From contig AP024664.1 of the NCBI GenBank assembly GCA_024346625.1, positions 3,100,001 through 3,164,000 on the forward strand: DNA of 64,000 bases, in the 5' to 3' direction. The notes beneath the pieces were generated by a model. The model worked only from the letters and a program-made list of their open reading frames with translations, searched no databases and had not been told where the DNA came from. Shown here one piece after another: positions 22,976-33,180 of this stretch (positions are counted from its first letter, which is position 1; each line of letters opens with the position of its first letter). The position numbers were made by a program, and so were the translations under genes. This DNA comes from Williopsis jadinii (Eukaryota).

Positions 22976-24103
22976 ATGCCGAGAGAAGAGCCAGTGGATA
23001 CGCCGGTGACGAGCTCTGAAGGTGCTGTGGAGTCTTCGAGCTCTACCTTGACGAGAAAGCGTACGAGGGATGACTTTGAGGAGGGTGAGGCCTCTGTCGA
23101 TGCTGATGAGAGGGATGCCAAACAGCTGAAAGTTCTTCCAGGTGAGAAGGGCGGTGAAGACGGCCAGGAAGGGAAGAGCGAGAGCACGGCAGACACTGCG
23201 ACGAGGGTGGCTGAGTCTGAGAACAGCAATGATGACGGGGAAGCTGCCCCAAAAGACAGTGCTGAAGTGTCCAATGCTGAAGTGTCCAATGCGGACAAAC
23301 AAGATGTGAAGGGTGCTGACGAGGCCCCAATTGAGAAAATATCAGAGGGTGAAACTGAGGACAAACCTGAGGACAAACCTGAGGATAAACCTGAGGATAA
23401 ACCTGAGGATAAACCTGAAGACAAACCTGAAGACAAACCAAAATTCGTCTTTGGCTCTACAACTCCATTCGGTGCCAACGCATTCTCCATGGTCAACAAG
23501 GAGAAGTCCATCTTTGAATCAAAGGAAGAGTCCTCGACGGTAAAGGATTCATTCCCAGTTTTCGGCTCCAGCTCAAGCTTCGGTAACGCTTTCCAAAATG
23601 CTATTGGTAAAAAGTCCATCTTCGACACCGCCTCTGACGATAAAGATACTAAAGAGAATTCACCAGAGGCAGGTGCACAGACGTCAACGTCTGCTAATCT
23701 TTACAAGCAAGTGGACCTCGAAAAGACCCTGGTTAAATCTGGAGAGGAGGATGAAGAACAGGTATTCACCTGTACTGCAAAGCTATACGCACTGGACCTG
23801 ACAGATGTTAAACAAGGCTGGAAAGAACGTGGTCGTGGTAACGTCCACGTCAATAAGAGTGACAAGCACTCGTCGAGAATCATCATGAGATCGAACGGTC
23901 TCCTAAAGGTTATTCTGAATGTTGCATTGGTGCCTGGCTTACAAATTGTGAAAGGCATGCCTTCGTCGTTACAGAGTGAAAAGTTCATCAGATTCACCTC
24001 TGTGGAGAATGATAAACCTGTCCAATACGCTGTAAAAACTGGGAAAGTTGAAACTACACAGGAGCTATTTGATTCTTTACATAAGCTGATACCTAATGTA
24101 TGA
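22976..24103 (+). CDS. YRB2: Ran-binding nuclear export cofactor (RanBP3-like)
   Basis: Basic NLS RKRTR, FxFG motifs, RanBD (KSGEEDEE, WKERGRG, RIIMRS); adjacent to EFM4 as in S. cerevisiae. Confidence 0.92.
   Translation: MPREEPVDTPVTSSEGAVESSSSTLTRKRTRDDFEEGEASVDADERDAKQLKVLPGEKGGEDGQEGKSESTADTATRVAESENSNDDGEAAPKDSAEVSNAEVSNADKQDVKGADEAPIEKISEGETEDKPEDKPEDKPEDKPEDKPEDKPEDKPKFVFGSTTPFGANAFSMVNKEKSIFESKEESSTVKDSFPVFGSSSSFGNAFQNAIGKKSIFDTASDDKDTKENSPEAGAQTSTSANLYKQVDLEKTLVKSGEEDEEQVFTCTAKLYALDLTDVKQGWKERGRGNVHVNKSDKHSSRIIMRSNGLLKVILNVALVPGLQIVKGMPSSLQSEKFIRFTSVENDKPVQYAVKTGKVETTQELFDSLHKLIPNV
23357..23440 (+). repeat. Coding minisatellite, 12 bp x7 (EDKP)7 in YRB2
   Basis: GARGAYAAACCT units read directly. 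Confidence 0.95.
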
Positions 24104-24106
24104 TGT

Positions 24107-24846
24107 TCAGGATTGTTTGACGAATGCCAGGGTACATATTGTAGAACCTTTAACACCACCGAATTGGAAGCTTGGATAGTCAACCTTTTTCCAAAGTTTT
24201 AACGACTTATTCTGTAAGATTATGGATTCCAGTTCCTTCTCTGTGAAGTTACAAGACGTTATGAGAAATACAGACCCCTTTGTCATCAACTTATCAATGG
24301 CATGGGGATAGATCTCCACAACGGGCTTGTCGTTGTACTGTAAGCCACTCAGTGCAATAGCATCCAATGTCCCCTTATCGAGAACAACGTCCACCACCTT
24401 AGGGTCCCATGACTCTGAAAAGATGTCGACAACCTCGAACTCAACATCAACGTCATTCTCCTCTGCTATGCTTCTGGCGAATTCCACAGACTTCTCAGAG
24501 TAGTCTATTCCAAGAAGCTGTCCCTTGAACCCTTCCTCTCTCAGCGTGAATAGAAGATGCCCGTTACCAGTACCAATGTCAACCATGGAGCTCTGGTCAT
24601 GGATCGCGTATTCATTCAGGTTATCAAAGAGGAACTCAACCATCTTCTCCTCTGCATTCGAGTCTGAGAACCAACACTCGCCAGTGTCATCTGGATTCGA
24701 CTCAAAATTGTCCTTCTCAAGAGCATAGAAGTTATCCCAGCTGGCCAATTAGTTAGTTCCACGTTACGCTGAAAACACTGTACAGATACCCACTATTCCT
24801 TGGTTCCAAGCTTCGACGTGTTGAGCTTGGTCGTATCCTCAGTCAT
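24107..24846 (-). CDS. EFM4: eEF1A lysine methyltransferase, 2 exons (24846-24794, 24740-24107), 228 aa
   Basis: 53-nt intron 24793-24741 (GTGGGT..AACTAAC..CAG) restores the conserved SKLGTKEYWD; DIGTGNGHLL, DKGTLDAI, ITSCNFT. Confidence 0.92.
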
Positions 24847-25029
24847 CCCTTCTGCCGTGTATAGCTCAAGCAGCAAGATAGGCTTCTTTTGTAGGTGTCG
24901 ATACAAGCTTCTTCCCTCACGAATTTTTTTCCAGGCGATGAGCTGTTGCTTGCCGATGTCTCGGGGCAACGCTACGGTTGAGCTCCTTCTCAGCTACACG
25001 GGAAGCTGGTTTCAATGCTTACTATATGG

Positions 25030-26110
25030 CTATCTCTGGTACTTATACCTATCTCTGTCTCTGTAGTCACTTCTCTCGGACCTCGAGCTGTATCTATCCT
25101 GTGATGATCTATAACCAATTGATCTCTCGTTTCTTGACTCATACGACCGCTCATTTCTGGACTCATACGACCGTTCATGTCTACTGTCAGCATACGGTCT
25201 CGACGATCTTGGCTCGTAGCCCCGATCTGAGTGCCCTCTAGAGTCATGGGCTCTATCACCACCTCTCGGTTCATACTTTGGTCTCTCGTGAACACCACTG
25301 CTGCCACCACCACGTCCTCTACCAGCAAACCTAGGTGGTGCTTTCATCTTACTAGCATACATCTCAGCCTTCTTTCTCTCGGACTCTTCTCTCTGCTTCT
25401 GCTTCAGAAGGTAGTGGCGTCCCCCGAGTCCGCCTCCAAGTCTTCTAGGAACCCAGTTCTTGTTGGTCCTTGCCCTCTCAACATCCGTCAAAATGGTTCG
25501 ATCCCCAAGCTTCATGCCATTACCTTCCTTGTAAGCAGCACGCGCACCGTGTTCATCAGAGAACACGACAAAGGCATAGCCCCTTGACTTACCATCGGTT
25601 TTATCCCTAACGATTCTGACCCTCTCAACTTCACCAAACTTGGTGAACTCTCGCTGTAAATCGACCTCAGTGATGCTGTAGTCCAACCGTGCAACGAAAA
25701 CGGTCTTGAATGGATCTCCCTTGATATTAGGATCCTCATCGGGCTTCCATTTCTGGAACTCGTCATCAAGTTTACGTATGTTCTCGGTGATCTTGTGCTC
25801 CTTCTCGTGCTCTTTAGCCTCTTGGAGCTGCTGTTCCGCTGTGTTCTCAGCTGGAGCTTTCTGAGGAGCAGTGTACCCCTTCAGCTGCTCAAGATACGAA
25901 CCGATACCGTCAATGTGGCACGTTCTTCTCTTCGACAGTGGGTAATCAAGATCGTCCAGATGTTTTAAGGGAGGCCTTGGCTCGAAGAGCTTCGAAACGT
26001 CTGGTCTAAACTTCGAAGTGTCCGTCTACATCAGCGTATGTTAGTAAGGCAATCATCCCCAAACAAAAGTCACCACGGGTCCAGCACGTGATGCATCAGA
26101 TACGAACCAT
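25030..26110 (-). CDS. SNP1: U1 snRNP 70K protein, 2 exons (ATG 26110-26108; 26025-25030), 332 aa
   Basis: 82-nt intron 26107-26026 (GTTCGT..TACTAAC..TAG) gives MTDTSKFRPDVSKLFEPRPPL; DPFKTVFVARL, RRM SRGYAFV, DVERARTNKNWVPRRLGGGLGGR. Confidence 0.9.
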
Positions 26111-26375
26111 TCTCCTGTATTTGTCTACGCCTTCTCTATGATGGACGTGTCTTGTTTTGATGCCTCGAGCTTCCTGTTTACCTCCTCCATCGCTACAAAC
26201 AAACGGCCGAGCTGGCGTGAAAAATCAAAACTAGCCTACAATTTTTAGTGGGGCCCGGCCTACGGGCCCACCAGCTACATTGGCAAGGAATCATGAACGG
26301 ATAAGAGGTTTAAAACACAACTAATAATGGAATAAAAACATATTGATACATTACAATAACAAAGGAGTACTCGCT

Positions 26376-28310
26376 TCAAGCACTGATCTTCTTGCCATTC
26401 ATCAAATGGCTGAGCAATTCGGAGGCTGTGCCACCAACGTGTTCACTGGTTTGGTTTGGAACGAGGCCTGGAGGTGGTGGCGTTGCAGAGTAGGAACGAT
26501 CCACTTTCAAGCTTTGTTGTAACAACTGTTCTTGTAGCAGTTGTTGTGCAGCTGTCTTGGACTGAGGTTGAGGTTGCAATGGTTGTTGAGCCTGTTGATG
26601 TGCTTGTAGATGCTGTTGCTGCTGTTGCTGCTGCTGCTGTTGTTGTTGTTGTAGTGCACGTTGTTGAAGCAATTGTTGTTGCAACAATGCCTGTGCCACA
26701 GAGTTCTGCTGTGTCTGCTGCTGTTGTTGCTGTTGTTGCTTTGTATTGACAGCCACACCTTGGGCCTGGGCGACATTTGCGTTCATATTAATTGGTGCTT
26801 GGTAAGGTGTTGCTTGTGAAGACAATAATGCATTGAATGCAACTGGTGGTGGTTTGGAAATAAGAGACTCCAACAACTTCATAGAGAACAGATCGTCTCT
26901 TTTGCTTTCGCTGGAAGCTTCACCAGAGTTATAGACAAACAAAGGGGGCAATGCACTGCTCTTCTCTGTGACGACTCCAGAGCGTAAACGGTAGTTGATT
27001 TGAGGTGGAGCACTCAAAAGAGCAGAAATTTCATCCAAAAATGCAAAGGCAACATTCTCTGGTTGATAATCCTCATTCTGTTGACCGTGGTGGTGTTTTT
27101 GTTTTCTCTTTTGTTCAATCTGCTGTTGTTGTAACTGTTGTTGAGTGGCACGTTCAGCCAATGATGGGAACGCTGAGGAGTTTGCCAACGTCGTCGAGGG
27201 TGTTGTTGGTGATGTGGACGTAGCCTGTGCCTTAGGATTTGCCCAAGAAACAGTGGCAGGCAAAGGTAATGCTCCAGAAAGTGACTGGTGCTGCAGTGTA
27301 GGCGTGGAGGCCGCAGTGTTCGAAGAGTTAGAGTTGGTGTCCTCATGGTTTGTGTTGGTAGCGGAGATGGTATTACCAGCAGCACTAGAAGTATTGTAAT
27401 GCGTAGGTGGGTGTCTTGGGAATGGTGCATTTCTGTGAAGTTCAGGACCTCCCATTCTCAGAGATTGCCTAGTGGACAGATCTTGTCTTGTGTATGAATC
27501 TGCCTCTTCACCTGGCTCGTGTAAGAACATACAGTTTGGATTTGGACAAGCCTGGCCTCGCAAATAGGAGGAGCAGTACTTTGTAGTACCAAAGGCTGCT
27601 TTCAACAGTCTGCCATCGAGATATGTCCCGTCAATAGCTGCAATACACTTTGCAGCCTCCTCCTTTTTGGAAAAAGTCACATAGATGCCATATCCACTGT
27701 TTGGATTGTGATGACCCACAGTGGGAACTCTCTTATTGATAACAGCCTTCAACACCTTACCGTACTGTCCAAAGTATTTATCGGACTTCAACAATGGTAT
27801 TAGCTCGTCCTGTGGCACCGGAGGGTTCAAGCCTACAACGTAAACCAGATTCTTCTGGATAACCCTCATGCCAGCCAGGTGCTTGCGGTTCATCTGTTCA
27901 TTCTCCTTCTTTTCCTTTTCCCTCTGCTTCTTCTCTTTCTCCTTCTTCAGCTGCTTGTTCTGCTCTCTTCTCAACTCCTCCGGAGACATCGTCTTGTACT
28001 CAACAGATTCATCGTCATACGGACGACGACAGGCTGGACACTTCCCGTTCAAATCGGGGTTCTGACGGATGTTGTTGTAACAAAACTGACAGATTTGATA
28101 CCCACATGGACATGGCTTGAAGTTTCTATCCGACAGATCCATCACCTCCACACAGAGTGGGCTATCGTCCTGTTAGTACACCAATCTTATAGAGATCCCA
28201 CACAGAGCTCATATATGTGCAACTAGCGAGCCAGCCGGAGGGCAAAATACTCACCAGAATTCTTCATCGGAGTCGTCATCGGAGTAATAATCCTGTGGAT
28301 CGTTGATCAT
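26376..28310 (-). CDS. NOT4: CCR4-NOT RING E3 ligase, 2 exons (28310-28255, 28161-26376), 613 aa
   Basis: 93-nt intron 28254-28162 (GTGAGT..TACTAAC..TAG) restores RING CPLC..CPCGYQICQFC; RRM, zinc finger and polyQ tail. Confidence 0.95.
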
Positions 28311-28523
28311 TGTACTTTGTAGTGCTTTGTTCTCTCTTTCTGCTGTTTCTAAGTGGAATTTGTTCTCCTTTGTTTGGCTTTGTTGTTTGCCTACTTTGTG
28401 TATTTCGATTAAAGCCGCCAGTTAATTTGATCAGCCAAACTGTCGATGATGGGTGGGCAAAAAAACTCTTGATGACGTAATCCATTGATCACGTGACCTG
28501 GGTTGGGTTATGAAAAAAAACAA

Positions 28524-28595
28524 GGGCCGAGCAGGGAATTGAACCCTGGACCACTCACACCCAAAGCGAGTATCATACCACTAGACCACGCGGCC
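28524..28595 (-). tRNA. tRNA-Pro(UGG), intron-less
   Basis: GGCCGCGTGGTCTAGTGGTATGATA-CTCGC TT TGG GT GTGAG-TGGTCCAGGGTTCAATTCCCTGCTCGGCCC, followed by a T8 Pol III terminator. Confidence 0.95.
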
Positions 28596-28922
28596 GGACT
28601 TGTTGACAATGAAACTTCCAGTCTTTGGTATATTTAGCTGTGGAAGAACAGCAACTGATACAGCATTCATTGAGTAGTTCATATGTAAACTTTGGGAAAA
28701 GCTCATTATTTATACTGTCCTGTAGTGTCCTCCAGTAACTGTACGCCCCCAATTGGGTGTCTTGCTCGGCTTTTTTGGAAATAGCACCAAGTGACAGTAT
28801 GAGCAGACATATAACCAGCCAACGCAATGGATGATCCAGCAAGCACTACAGGTACAACGAAATTAACAATTCCATGAATCGCAATGATTATAATACAGTT
28901 GGTCCCGAGGTATATAAGTGGG

Positions 28923-31346
28923 TTACTCCATAACTATGTCAGCATCGACATCTTCTTCACCACCGTTGATCAATTGAAGCGTCTCATCGTCAACCACATA
29001 CCAGATTTGCAAATGCTCGTACTCGTCGATACACTCTCTGAACTGTTGCTCTGTGAAACCCCTGGAAATAACAGCGTTCTTAACGTCACTGAGATTCAGG
29101 CTTGTTCTTCTTGCCCCGTCAGCCAAGGCCATGGTTTGAATGATTTGATAAATCTTTGTCGTTGATGATTCATCCGTTCTTCTCCCTTCATCTCTTGTAA
29201 ACGACGATCTCGCAACCTCAACCAATCTCAAAGCTTCATCAACATCGGCCTTTTCAACTGTAGAATCAAATCTCAACTTAGCAAGAGCCTGTGACATTCT
29301 TAATATACCCAATAGTGTTCTTGGTGTAGCCTGGCCAAATGACATGCGTGGATCATTCTTAACCTTGTGCTTCGATTCTTGTCTCATTCTTGTATAGGAT
29401 GCAATAACATAATCTGCAACCTCTTGAGAAATAACAGGTCTGTATATCTTTGCCTTTGTTATATACTCTCTGATCGTTGTTGGATCAAAGGGCTCGAAAT
29501 CCATCACTGGATGTTTGTTATGCATGTGAACATAGGCAACGTGTTCAGCAAGCTTTGCGTCGTCGTCCTGCGACGGAGTGTCAAGAATTAAGAACAAGAT
29601 ATCAAATCTTGAGAGAAGAGCAGCTGGTAAATTGATATTGTCCAATGGGGAGATCTTTGTGTTGAAACGTCCAAGTACAGGATTTGCAGCAGCTAGGATA
29701 GATGCACGAGCATTCAAGGTAGTATTGATACCTGCTTTGGAAATAGAGATTGTTTGTTGTTCCATAACCTCATGGATAGCAGTTCTATCAGATTCATCCA
29801 TCTTATCGAACTCATCGATACAACAGATACCGTTATCTGCTAAGACGAGAGCACCACCTTCCAGTACCATTTCATCTGTAACCGGGTCTTTCATCACAGC
29901 TGCTGTCAAACCAACACCTGAGGACCCACGACCTGTTGTATAAACACCTCTTGGACTAATCTTGGAGATCGTCTTTAACAATTGCGATTTAGCCACACCG
30001 GGATCACCCATTAGACAGATATTGATATCACCTCTGATTTTCATACCATCACCCATTTTCTTATCGACACCACCAACAAGTAACAATAGCAAAGCCTTCT
30101 TGACATCATCGTGACCGAAAATCTCTGGAGCAATTGAGCGTGCCAATCTGGAATACACGTCACCTTGTTCTTGAATGAGTCTAATCTTTTCATCGATTGA
30201 GGCACTGATTTCACTCATGTCGTATTTCTTCTTATGTTGATAAACGCATTGCGCTTCGAGGAAAGTCTCCGTCAGTAAACCTGCCCTTAGGGCCTGGTAG
30301 CCAGTGTATGCCTGTGGCAAGACAACACCGGCAACGTCGACAACGTCACCTGGATCCATGGATCTAACCAAGTCACCGTTGACATGAATTGTGAAAGTTC
30401 TTGGAATGTGAGAAACTGGCACTTGTGAGGCCAACTCTTGTAACTTAACCTCCTGGAATGGACTGAACTTGGAAGCACGTGTAGAAGGGAAGAGTTTTCC
30501 CTTGGATTGGTTATTACGACATTGTTCGGAGATGCATTCATTCAAGGGGTTAAAGGTTCTAGTTGTAACCTCTTGAAACACTTCATGACCACATTGGTCG
30601 CATGTGTATGCATTCACCAAGACTGCAGGTTTAACGTCTGAGACTCTTGTAATCATACCACGTACAGTGACCAGCTTACCAACGTGCTGGCCCTTGATTT
30701 GACGCACTGACAGTGGTTTGTAGGCCCTTTTACCGGAGATCTTGGTCAATGGTCTGAAATACAGGTTATAACGACGCGTTAAATTTGCTGGAAACTCGGC
30801 CTCGCCATTCTCCTCCTCGTCCTCGACATCACCCATCAAGTTATTAGCCTCTAGTTCTTCCCTTCTTTCCGCTTGCAGTCTCTGGTTTCTTTGTTGTCTC
30901 TGTTGTAGGATGAGATCGATGACACCACCTTTATCTGGGATGGCCTTTGTTGGTGCTGGCATCAGCTTATCGATCTCTTTGGAGAACATTTCGATATAGC
31001 GGAAAGTGTTCTCCAGAATACCCTCAGTCAAAGACTTGCGCTTATAAGGTGACGCACCGATATTCACCTCCGAGGTGAGTTGAAAATCTTCAATGTCGTC
31101 CAAGTCTATGTATATTGTTGAAATCTCTCTATTGGCCACTCTCTGAAGCATCGTCATGTATTTGGGACCGTATCCGTACTCCAGCTGCTCTTCCTCGGTC
31201 AGAGGTGGGACCCTCGTATCAAACATCTCATCAGCTCGAGAAACCACCTCGCCCTTGAACTGTTGTAGGAATTCGCTAATTGTTTTGGTGACCTCGGTGT
31301 AGTTCACATCGATCATCACCGCTGGAAGAGCTGACATTGAGGCCAT
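28923..31346 (-). CDS. MCM7: Replicative helicase subunit Mcm7 (Cdc47)
   Basis: Zinc finger YTCDQCGHEVFQEV, GDPGVAKSQ, IDEFDKM, SRFD, TPRTLLGILR. Confidence 0.97.
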   Translation of the reverse strand: MASMSALPAVMIDVNYTEVTKTISEFLQQFKGEVVSRADEMFDTRVPPLTEEEQLEYGYGPKYMTMLQRVANREISTIYIDLDDIEDFQLTSEVNIGASPYKRKSLTEGILENTFRYIEMFSKEIDKLMPAPTKAIPDKGGVIDLILQQRQQRNQRLQAERREELEANNLMGDVEDEEENGEAEFPANLTRRYNLYFRPLTKISGKRAYKPLSVRQIKGQHVGKLVTVRGMITRVSDVKPAVLVNAYTCDQCGHEVFQEVTTRTFNPLNECISEQCRNNQSKGKLFPSTRASKFSPFQEVKLQELASQVPVSHIPRTFTIHVNGDLVRSMDPGDVVDVAGVVLPQAYTGYQALRAGLLTETFLEAQCVYQHKKKYDMSEISASIDEKIRLIQEQGDVYSRLARSIAPEIFGHDDVKKALLLLLVGGVDKKMGDGMKIRGDINICLMGDPGVAKSQLLKTISKISPRGVYTTGRGSSGVGLTAAVMKDPVTDEMVLEGGALVLADNGICCIDEFDKMDESDRTAIHEVMEQQTISISKAGINTTLNARASILAAANPVLGRFNTKISPLDNINLPAALLSRFDILFLILDTPSQDDDAKLAEHVAYVHMHNKHPVMDFEPFDPTTIREYITKAKIYRPVISQEVADYVIASYTRMRQESKHKVKNDPRMSFGQATPRTLLGILRMSQALAKLRFDSTVEKADVDEALRLVEVARSSFTRDEGRRTDESSTTKIYQIIQTMALADGARRTSLNLSDVKNAVISRGFTEQQFRECIDEYEHLQIWYVVDDETLQLINGGEEDVDADIVME

Positions 31347-31447
31347 CGTGGACGTGGTTCTATTTGCTTCTCTCTGTAGTTGCTGATGAAGAGAGAAGAG
31401 AAAGAGAGAAAAGTTGACGTGAAAAATCCTTTGACAAATTTTACGTG

Positions 31448-31575
31448 GCGCGTCTAATTAGATTACCGCATTGGGAAGCGACGCGAAAACCATTGTGGGT
31501 TTTCGTTTTCGCTTTCGCCCTTGCCTGTTTGGGGCAATTTTCGCTTTTCGTGCAACTTCCTCCGAACGAGGAAAG
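31448..31575. promoter_or_regulatory. ECB/Mcm1-like boxes and MCB-like sites upstream of MCM7
   Basis: CC-N6-GG boxes at 31466-31475, 31524-31533 and 31562-31571; GCGCGT and ACGCGAAA nearby. CDC47/MCM7 is an ECB gene in S. cerevisiae. Confidence 0.55.
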
Positions 31576-32380
31576 CCTCTCGTGTTCTCTACACATTCGC
31601 TATATCATAGCTAATACACTCTGTATACAGGCCCTTTGGCATGGGGAAAACAGTCAATTGGCATGGAGAGAACAGTCAATTGGGATCGAGTCTTGAACAT
31701 CTCGTCTACAACTCACTACGACGCCATCGTAGATAAGACAACCATGTGCATACACATATTCCTGCCTGGTGTACAACAGCAACCCATCAAACCTTGAAAC
31801 AGGAAGCCCACAGTTTGGATGGCACCATCTGACTCTTACCCTGATACTTCGTAGTGTGCAATTGCAAATTGCACCAATTGGCTTTGCATCGCTGCGGCCA
31901 CTGACAGCTACGACACAACACGCTGGATAGACCCGGTATCAACACGCTGTTTGAGCTTTGCAAACTTACCTTGGCTTCCTTAACCCCTGAAACGGTACAC
32001 ACAGGTTAGTACATCTCCAATTGCCCTCGCCGCCGCCTCTTCCCGTTCCGAGAGAGATCGTTATCGTTGGATGCATACAACATCCCCAGCGTACTGTGGG
32101 ATGTGTACGGTGTACGTGCCATCGACAGCTCTGTGTAAACGGGATGTGGTTGTCTCTGTCTGCCCTTATTCCGAACAACATTTGCCGGCCTGTCTGCAAT
32201 AAAAGCCATAACTTAGTACCCGTCCTGGTTATCGGTACATGCTACACACCACACCATGCATGAATGGGTGGATGTGCCCCATTGGCACATCCTCTTCGTG
32301 AACTTTGGTATACAGCCTGTGTCCCCTGGTTGCTTGGTCCGTCCGTGCTCTGTTCCGCTTACGTCGGTTTAGAACGTGCC

Positions 32381-32440
32381 TCCCCTAGGGAACCACTCCC
32401 CTAGAGAAGCCCCCCTAGAGAAGCCCCCTAGAGAAACCCC
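32381..32440. promoter_or_regulatory. STRE (CCCCT) array formed by a ~13-bp tandem repeat (CCCCCTAGAGAAG) upstream of GPH1
   Basis: Four CCCCT within 50 bp; GPH1 is a known Msn2/4 STRE target. Confidence 0.65.
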
Positions 32441-33180
32441 CATTCAGTCCATCCTCCGCCGCCGTAGAACGGAAAGCACATCTTAGGCAGACGTGGCCTG
32501 CGGCCCCCCCCCCTAATTTTGACGTTTTTGCCTTGTTCCATTTGGGGTGCGCCCCGCGCGTAGAACAATCCAAGCATCCGTTTCTGCACTCCTCCGAATT
32601 GAGTGCAGAGAAACGTGGAATTCATTCACACTGCCAGAGAGAGAGACAGAATTTGAGAGCCCATGAGAGAAAGAGTGTCGCTGCCCGTGTGCCTGGAGCC
32701 CAAGACCACCAACAGCCCAATTGAGGCGTCTCAATTGGCCCGCTGCTGTTGCTGTAATCCACCGTAGAGGCCGAGATGGCCCTCTCTTCCCGATTGCGTC
32801 GCCACAGCTTGCCGGGCAGATCCCAGCCCACTGCGACAGAAACGCGACGCTGTTGTTTTTAATACGGATCTCTGCCTAAACTCCCTGCCCACTAGGCAGG
32901 AAGAACTTGGGCTCTCCCTCTGGCGGCCTCTCTGTCTAATGAGGTGGGAATTTGGGTACATGTACCCAAATGCCTGTTGCAGCCACTTTACCACCTGATA
33001 TACATGCAAGGTTGTATAAATAGAGAGATGAACCCCCTTTTGTATAAAAGTTAACACGGTAGGCTCCTTCCTCCCCCTTCTCTTTCAAACGTTTGCTATA
33101 TAGAGAACACACTCCCAGGTTCAATTCGCAGCTCAATCCAAGTATACTCGATTAGCTGAACGCCCAATTGAACTAAGCCG

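Noticed and set aside
23357..23440. Repeat arrays as CRISPR-like loci
   Set aside because: Eukaryotic context, no spacers; simple tandem repeats.
26500..26740. CAG/CAA repeats
   Set aside because: Ordinary polyQ tract of Not4.
31961..31980. ACTTACCT resembling the U1 snRNA 5' end
   Set aside because: No stem-loop I loop or Sm site follows; better explained as a - strand donor AG|GTAAGT.
31700..32300. Telomerase RNA candidate (GGTGTACG-like repeats, hairpins, splice signals)
   Set aside because: No convincing template with terminal repeat and no Sm site next to a donor; the telomere repeat of this species is not known from the window.
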